Shown: in pieces, positions 58,915-64,000 of the stretch
How positions within the stretch are numbered: the first letter of the stretch is position 1
How the letters are laid out: each line of letters opens with the position of its first letter
Assembly: GCA_016214555.1 (NCBI GenBank)
Contig: JACROF010000012.1
Coordinates: forward strand, 4,343 to 68,342
DNA from: Candidatus Levyibacteriota bacterium
GTDB lineage: Bacteria > Patescibacteriota > Microgenomatia > Levybacterales > UBA12049
Reading direction: 5' to 3'
Length of the DNA stretch: 64,000 nt
The notes under the pieces: model-generated
The model's database searches: none
The model's input: the letters and a program-made list of their open reading frames with translations, nothing else
Told to the model about the DNA's origin: nothing
Translations under genes and position numbers: made by a program

Positions 58915-59781
58915 ATGCAAATGACAATATTGCAGACAAGTGGATGGGATAACTATGAACTTTTGGATAGTGGGAATGGATATAGACTAGAACGATTTGG
59001 TAAATATCAGATTGCAAAACCCGACCCGCAGGCAATTTGGTTGCCTCGACTTCCAAAATCTGACTGGGGGGAAGCGGATGCTATTTTTGAAAAAAAAGAT
59101 GGGAAAGAGGGTTGGATTAAAAAGGGAGAAATTCCTGAAAAATGGGAAGTAACATATAAAGACATAAAATTTTTTGCTAAGTTAGCACCATTTAAACATA
59201 CTGGGATTTTTCCTGAGCAGCATCTTAATTGGGATTTCATCTCTGAGAAGATATCATCACGCAAAGAGTCTGTGGCAGTACTTAATTTATTTGGTTACAC
59301 GGGGATCGCATCGTTAGTGGCTGCTGCTTTTGGTGCGAAAGTGACTCATGTTGATGCTTCTAAATCATCAATAGCTTGGGCAAGGGATAATCAGATGGCA
59401 TCTCATCTTGAAGATAGGCCAATACGGTGGATATTGGATGATGCTGTAAAATTTGTTGCTCGCGAAATTCGTCGTGGTAATCACTATGAGGGCATAATTA
59501 TGGATCCACCAATTTATGGTCATGGCCCACACGGGGAGTTGTGGGATTTTTCAAAAAGTTTTCCTGAGTTAGTAAAGTTATGCTCTGAGCTTTTGTCATC
59601 AAAGTCTTTATTTTTTCTTATCAACGCTTATGCGATTTCTTCGTCTGCAATTATGTTGCATAACGTGCTTAGAGACTATCTTCCAAATGGTAATATAGAG
59701 GTTGGTGAATTGGCAATTAAGGAAAAAAATAACAGTGAACGGATGTTGTCTACAGGGATTTTTGCTCGCTGGACTTTATAG
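58915..59781 (+). CDS. Class I SAM-dependent methyltransferase (RlmI/RlmK-like)
   Basis: YELLDSG...RLERFG, HTGIFPEQ, VLNLFGYTG, VDAS, DPP. Confidence 0.88.
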   Translation: MQMTILQTSGWDNYELLDSGNGYRLERFGKYQIAKPDPQAIWLPRLPKSDWGEADAIFEKKDGKEGWIKKGEIPEKWEVTYKDIKFFAKLAPFKHTGIFPEQHLNWDFISEKISSRKESVAVLNLFGYTGIASLVAAAFGAKVTHVDASKSSIAWARDNQMASHLEDRPIRWILDDAVKFVAREIRRGNHYEGIIMDPPIYGHGPHGELWDFSKSFPELVKLCSELLSSKSLFFLINAYAISSSAIMLHNVLRDYLPNGNIEVGELAIKEKNNSERMLSTGIFARWTL

Positions 59782-59785
59782 TTTG

Positions 59786-59856
59786 TCGGGGATCGGGGAG
59801 TTGAACCCCAGTCTCACGGCCCCCAGCCGCGAATTCTACCGTTAAACTAATCCCCG
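59786..59856 (-). tRNA. tRNA-Pro(GGG), CCA not encoded
   Basis: Minus-strand cloverleaf: acceptor CGGGGAT/ATCCCCG, anticodon arm CGCGG-CTGGGGG-CCGTG, T-loop TTCAACT. Confidence 0.93.
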
Positions 59857-59947
59857 TTTTCTCCAAGTGATTGTATCAAAGCATGTATCATAAGTCATCA
59901 GCAGGATGTAATTATTTTTATGATACAGATTGCATTAGTATGACTTC

Positions 59948-59976
59948 TTGTAAAAAACACGAAAGATATTTATTAT
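59948..59976 (+). promoter_or_regulatory. Probable recA promoter
   Basis: TTGTAA-17-TATTAT, 11 nt before the ATG. Confidence 0.5.
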
Positions 59977-59987
59977 AGTTTAATACT

Positions 59988-61097
59988 ATGGCTCGTTCTT
60001 CAAATAATTCTAAATCTTCTAGTATTGTTCAGCCTCACTCCGATAATGCAAAAAAACTTGAATCAATAAAAATGGCGATGGATCAGATTGAAAAGCAGTA
60101 TGGTCGAGGGTCAATTATGCGATTTGGAGAAGCAGCCGGAAAACTCGATATATCAGTTGTTTCAACAGGATGTTTACCCCTTGATTTAGCACTTGGCGTT
60201 GGTGGTCTGCCACGTGGGAGAATTATTGAAATATATGGTCCTGAAGCATCGGGAAAAACAACAGTTTGCTTGTCAACAATTGCTCAGGCGCAAAAGCATG
60301 GAGGCATCGTTGCGTTTATTGATGCTGAACATGCACTTGATCCATTATGGGCAGAGAGAATTGGAGTAAAACTTGACGAGCTTTTGATATCTCAACCCGA
60401 TACGGGAGAGCAGGCTTTGGAAATTGCAGAAAGTTTGGTAAGAAGTGGAGGCGTAGATGTATTAGTTATCGATTCAGTTGCGGCGCTTGTTCCTCGTGCA
60501 GAGATTGAGGGGGAGATGGGGGATGCGGTTGTTGGACTTCAAGCTAGACTTATGTCTCAAGCTCTTCGTAAGTTGACTGCGGTGATTTCAAAATCAAAAA
60601 CAGTGGTTATCTTTACTAATCAACTTCGACAAAAAATAGGAATTATGTTTGGTAATCCAGAGACAACAACAGGCGGATTAGCTCTTAAATTTTATGCATC
60701 AGTAAGAATGGATATTCGAAAGATTGAAACAATCAAAGATGGTGATAGAGCAATTGGCTCTCGACACAGGGTGAAGGTTGTTAAAAATAAAGTCTCAACT
60801 CCATTTAGGATTGCTGAGTTTGATGTTTTTGCAGAAGGAATTTCAAGAGAGGGAGGCATATTAGACGTTGGTGTTGAAATGAACGTTATAAATAAATCAG
60901 GAGCATTTTTTAGATACAACGAACAAATGATTGGACAAGGAAAAGCAGCAGCAATAGAATGGCTGAAGGAAAACCAAAATGAGACTAAAAAAATTGTTCA
61001 GGAAATCATGAGTAGAAGTAAAGATGGCGGTATGCCAGTTGAAGTTGGCGTAGAGGAAAATGAAGACAGCGATGAAGAATCAACTCCTACTCCATAA
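59988..61097 (+). CDS. recA: Recombinase RecA
   Basis: [44 protein letters not shown]. Confidence 0.99.
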   Translation: MARSSNNSKSSSIVQPHSDNAKKLESIKMAMDQIEKQYGRGSIMRFGEAAGKLDISVVSTGCLPLDLALGVGGLPRGRIIEIYGPEASGKTTVCLSTIAQAQKHGGIVAFIDAEHALDPLWAERIGVKLDELLISQPDTGEQALEIAESLVRSGGVDVLVIDSVAALVPRAEIEGEMGDAVVGLQARLMSQALRKLTAVISKSKTVVIFTNQLRQKIGIMFGNPETTTGGLALKFYASVRMDIRKIETIKDGDRAIGSRHRVKVVKNKVSTPFRIAEFDVFAEGISREGGILDVGVEMNVINKSGAFFRYNEQMIGQGKAAAIEWLKENQNETKKIVQEIMSRSKDGGMPVEVGVEENEDSDEESTPTP

Positions 61098-61102
61098 GGG
61101 TC

Positions 61103-61585
61103 ATGGACCACTTTGAAAATTATTTTACTCTTGCTATTAGACTTCTTGCGAGACGATCTCGTTCAAAAAAAGAATTGATTGATTATCTTAGAAAAAAGAA
61201 AGCCCCAGAAGAAGTTATTGCTAGTGTTTTATCAAAGCTTGAAGAGAAAAAATTCCAAAGCGATGAGGATTTTACTAGATGGTGGGTTGAACAGAGGATT
61301 CGATTTCGATCTAAAAGCGATAGAGCTATTACTGCTGAGCTCTTGCAAAAAGGAATAGAAAAAGATTTGATAAAAAAAATACTCAATGAATTTAATGATA
61401 GTGGGCAAACAGATCTTGCAAAAGCAAAAAAAGTTGTTGAAAAAAAGATTAAGAAATATCAGTCTTTATCAAAAGAACAACAATATCATAAGTTGGGCTT
61501 TATGCTTGCGAGGATGGGGTATAGCTGGGAGACAATTAGACAAGCAATTGACGCATATTACCAAAGAGACTATAATACGGAGTAG
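61103..61585 (+). CDS. recX: Regulatory protein RecX
   Basis: LARRSRS..EL..YL, D..F, EL.QKGI, LAR.GY; directly after recA. Confidence 0.9.
   Translation: MDHFENYFTLAIRLLARRSRSKKELIDYLRKKKAPEEVIASVLSKLEEKKFQSDEDFTRWWVEQRIRFRSKSDRAITAELLQKGIEKDLIKKILNEFNDSGQTDLAKAKKVVEKKIKKYQSLSKEQQYHKLGFMLARMGYSWETIRQAIDAYYQRDYNTE
61548..61576 (+). promoter_or_regulatory. Sigma70-type promoter within the recX 3' end
   Basis: TTGACG-17-TATAAT. Confidence 0.75.
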
Positions 61586-61681
61586 AGTAGCAAGAAAACT
61601 GTTACGACCCGTGATATGAAAATTAGCTCATACTCACATGTAGTAATCCAATAAGGGCTTAGGGCCTTCTTCTTGTCGCTC
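61585..61681 (+). ncRNA. Candidate structured RNA/leader upstream of rny (6S-like, tentative)
   Basis: Closing stem 61585-61596/61670-61681, inner GTGA-TATGA/TCATA-C-TCAC stem and a small 3' hairpin; starts at the predicted TSS. Confidence 0.4.
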
Positions 61682-61690
61682 CCAAAAAAT

Positions 61691-62962
61691 ATGTCAGACT
61701 CACATCAGCAAGATCTACTTGCTTTAGAAAAAAAATTATTAGAACGCCAAGAAAAACTAGAGGCAAAACAAGAGCAGCTTGATTCAGATAAGGAAGCCCT
61801 TGATGAGAAAAGGCAAAAGTATATCTCAAAGCTTGAAGATGTTTCAGGATTGACTCGCGAAGAAGCAAAAAAAATGCTTATCGAAGAGACTGAAAAGGAT
61901 GCTTCTTCTATGATTGCCAAAATTATTAAGGAGAAAGAAGAAGAAGCAAAGGCAACTGCTGATCAAAAAGCTCGTGAGATCCTTGTCGATTCCATGAGGC
62001 ATGGAGCTCTTGACTATATTGCAGAGTACACAGTAACTGTTGTAAGAGTGCCTGATGAGGAAATGAAGGGTCGTATTATAGGAAAGGAAGGTCGTAACAT
62101 TAGGGCTTTTGAACAGGCTACTGGCGTTGATGTAGACCTTGATGAGGAAGGTATAATAAGGCTCTCCTCATTTGATAGTGTTCGAAGAGAGGTGGCGAGA
62201 CAATCTCTTGAAAAACTTCTTAAAGATACCCGCATTCAGCCTTTTCGCATAGAGGAGATAGTCGAACAGACTAGAAAAGAGTTGGAAAAAATAATGCTTG
62301 ATGAAGGGCAGAAGTTGGCGGCAGAAGTTGGCGTATACAATTTACCCTCTGAAATCTACCAAACACTAGGACGATTTAAGTTTAGAACTTCTTTTGGTCA
62401 GAATCTTGTTGTTCATACTCTCGAGGAGACAAAAATAGGAATTCAAATTGCATCAGAAATTGGTGCAGATGTAAATGTGGTAAGACTTGGGTGTCTTTTT
62501 CATGATATTGGTAAAGTTGTTGAGGGTGAAGGAAGTCATGTAAAGCTTGGAGTTGAGTATCTCAACCGTTTTAATCTTCCAGAGACTGTTGTTAATTGCG
62601 TTGCTGAGCATCATGAGGACAAGCCATTTTCATCCGTTGAGTCAGTTATTGTTCATATAGCCGATGCTATCTCGGGCGCAAGGCCGGGAGCCCGTTTTGA
62701 AGATATTGAGAATTACGCTAAGAGACTGAAAGAGATGGAAGAAATTGCAAAAAGATATGAAGGAGTTGAGGATGCTTATGCGTTTGAAGCTGGTAGAGAG
62801 CTTCGTGTAATTATTAATCCGGGAAAACTAGATGATTCACAAACCATAATTTTGTCTAAAAAAATTCAAGAGGAAGTAAGTAGAGCGTTAGCAGTGCCAG
62901 GAGAGGTAAAGGTTACAGCAATCCGTGAATTTCGATCAGTATATCCTGAACATACTATTTAA
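61691..62962 (+). CDS. rny: Ribonuclease Y (no N-terminal membrane anchor)
   Basis: Coiled coil, KH motif KGRIIGKEGRNIR, HD motif FHDIGK, HH, ADAISGARPGAR. Confidence 0.95.
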   Translation: MSDSHQQDLLALEKKLLERQEKLEAKQEQLDSDKEALDEKRQKYISKLEDVSGLTREEAKKMLIEETEKDASSMIAKIIKEKEEEAKATADQKAREILVDSMRHGALDYIAEYTVTVVRVPDEEMKGRIIGKEGRNIRAFEQATGVDVDLDEEGIIRLSSFDSVRREVARQSLEKLLKDTRIQPFRIEEIVEQTRKELEKIMLDEGQKLAAEVGVYNLPSEIYQTLGRFKFRTSFGQNLVVHTLEETKIGIQIASEIGADVNVVRLGCLFHDIGKVVEGEGSHVKLGVEYLNRFNLPETVVNCVAEHHEDKPFSSVESVIVHIADAISGARPGARFEDIENYAKRLKEMEEIAKRYEGVEDAYAFEAGRELRVIINPGKLDDSQTIILSKKIQEEVSRALAVPGEVKVTAIREFRSVYPEHTI

Positions 62963-62997
62963 AATTTCTTATTAGATTGATATAGCAAAACAATCTC

Positions 62998-63026
62998 TTG
63001 ACAAGGCCTCATTTTCCCTGTACCTT
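62998..63026 (+). promoter_or_regulatory. Probable hup promoter
   Basis: TTGACA-17-TACCTT. Confidence 0.55.
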
Positions 63027-63071
63027 AGATCTAAACACGCATTTTTGTATCAAAAAGAGGAGGTGATTTAT

Positions 63072-63344
63072 TTGACAAAAAAAGACTTAATTGAAGTTGT
63101 AGCTAAAAAATCAAATTTAACCAATAAGGCTGCTCGAGACTCTGTCCAAACAGTGCTAAATACTATTCGAGACTCTCTGAAAAGAGGAGAGAAGGTTGTG
63201 TTAACTGGTTTTGGAACATTTAGTGTAAGAAGTAGAGCTCAGAGAGTGGGTCGCAATCCCAAGACAGGTGAAAGAATTACTCTGTCAGCAAGAAAGGCGC
63301 CAGGGTTTACTCCCGGAAAGACTTTTAAGAAAGCGATCCGTTGA
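63072..63344 (+). CDS. hup: DNA-binding protein HU
   Basis: GFGTF, R.GRNPKTGE, P.F.PGK; SD GGAGGT before TTG 63072. Confidence 0.96.
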   Translation: MTKKDLIEVVAKKSNLTNKAARDSVQTVLNTIRDSLKRGEKVVLTGFGTFSVRSRAQRVGRNPKTGERITLSARKAPGFTPGKTFKKAIR

Positions 63345-63358
63345 GTGTTGATTTGATT

Positions 63359-63399
63359 CAAAAAGAGGGAGTTCCGCTACGCGGAATTGCCTCTTTTTG
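63359..63399 (+). terminator. Intrinsic terminator after hup
   Basis: CAAAAAGAGG.AGTTCCGC-TAC-GCGGAATT.CCTCTTTTTG. Confidence 0.85.
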
Positions 63400-63414
63400 T
63401 TATATAATGAAGGA

Positions 63415-64000
63415 ATGGCAGTCATTGTAACTGATCATTTGTCAAAACATTATCAGGTGCATAAGAAAGAGCCAGGATTTATTGGTTCAATCAAGTCATT
63501 ATTTTCACGAAAATACGAAACAGTAAAAGCAGTTGACGATGTCTCTTTTTCAATAAACGAAGGTGAGGTTGTTGGATTTATTGGTCCGAACGGAGCTGGG
63601 AAAACGACAACATTAAAATGCTTATCTGGCCTTCTCTATCCTACAAAAGGTAAGGTTTCTGTATTGGATTTTATCCCATTTAACAGGAAGTCGGCATTTC
63701 TTAAGCAGATATCGCTTGTTATGGGTCAAAAGAACCAACTTTGGTGGGATCTTCCAGCAATGGACACATTTTTATTGAACAAGGAGATTTATCAGATTCC
63801 CACAGGGCAATTTGAGAAGGTTTTGGGAGATTTATCAGATCGTCTAGGTGTTAAAGATATTCTTCATATTCCTGTACGGAAGTTGTCTTTGGGTCAAAGA
63901 ATGAAGATGGAGTTAATTGCCTCACTTCTTCATTCGCCGAAGGTTTTATTTCTTGATGAGCCGACAATAGGACTTGATGTTGTAATGCAAAAAACCATAA
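63415..64000 (+). CDS. ABC transporter ATP-binding protein (partial, runs off the window)
   Basis: Manual translation: GPNGAGKTT, GQKNQLWWDLP, LSLGQRM, FLDEPTIGLD. Confidence 0.92.
   Translation, partial: MAVIVTDHLSKHYQVHKKEPGFIGSIKSLFSRKYETVKAVDDVSFSINEGEVVGFIGPNGAGKTTTLKCLSGLLYPTKGKVSVLDFIPFNRKSAFLKQISLVMGQKNQLWWDLPAMDTFLLNKEIYQIPTGQFEKVLGDLSDRLGVKDILHIPVRKLSLGQRMKMELIASLLHSPKVLFLDEPTIGLDVVMQKTI

Noticed and set aside
59786-59856. tRNA-Pro as an integration site
   Set aside because: No integrase and no duplicated tRNA 3' end were noticed; the flanking genes are housekeeping-like
1-64000. Alternative genetic code (UGA=Gly), CRISPR array, rRNA, IS elements
   Set aside because: Conserved genes such as secY, rpsQ and hup end at TGA at expected lengths; no array, rRNA or transposase was recognised by eye

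Overview
This is a 64 kb, AT-rich, gene-dense chromosomal segment of a bacterium, most likely CPR/Patescibacteria (Microgenomates-like). That assignment is inferred from the absence of rpmD/uL30 between rpsE and rplO, a shortened L2, a monoderm envelope gene set and many SD-less genes. The standard genetic code fits. From left to right the window holds: housekeeping genes (msrA, truB, a Zn-ribbon RNase HI, FemAB, pcrA, tpiA, LCP); a large minus-strand surface-glycosylation/type IV pilus block (five GT-C-type membrane enzymes overall, epimerase, FAD oxidoreductase, FN3/Ig Pro/Thr-rich protein, pilO, pilN); fusA; and about 5.3 kb of accessory genes between fusA and tuf. Then come the tuf-S10-spc-alpha-rplM/rpsI ribosomal supercluster, obg, hflX, an FKBP, tRNA-Pro(GGG), recA-recX-rny, hup and a truncated ABC ATPase. 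The best candidate for an undescribed system is a self-contained, higher-GC three-gene operon at 27492-30721 (-). It encodes a J-domain (HPD)-Ser/Thr kinase fusion, a vWA (MIDAS) protein and a divergent pyruvate-kinase-like barrel enzyme. It has its own promoter, a ~58-nt leader hairpin, strong SD sites and an intrinsic terminator. Other notable signals are a shared 5' leader motif on fusA and tuf, a TGAGGCTA motif at translation-gene promoters, a ~100-nt structured RNA candidate upstream of an anchor-less RNase Y, and a predicted leaderless architecture for many accessory genes. All calls come from reading motifs by eye; no database searches were run. No CRISPR array, rRNA, transposase or integrase was seen.
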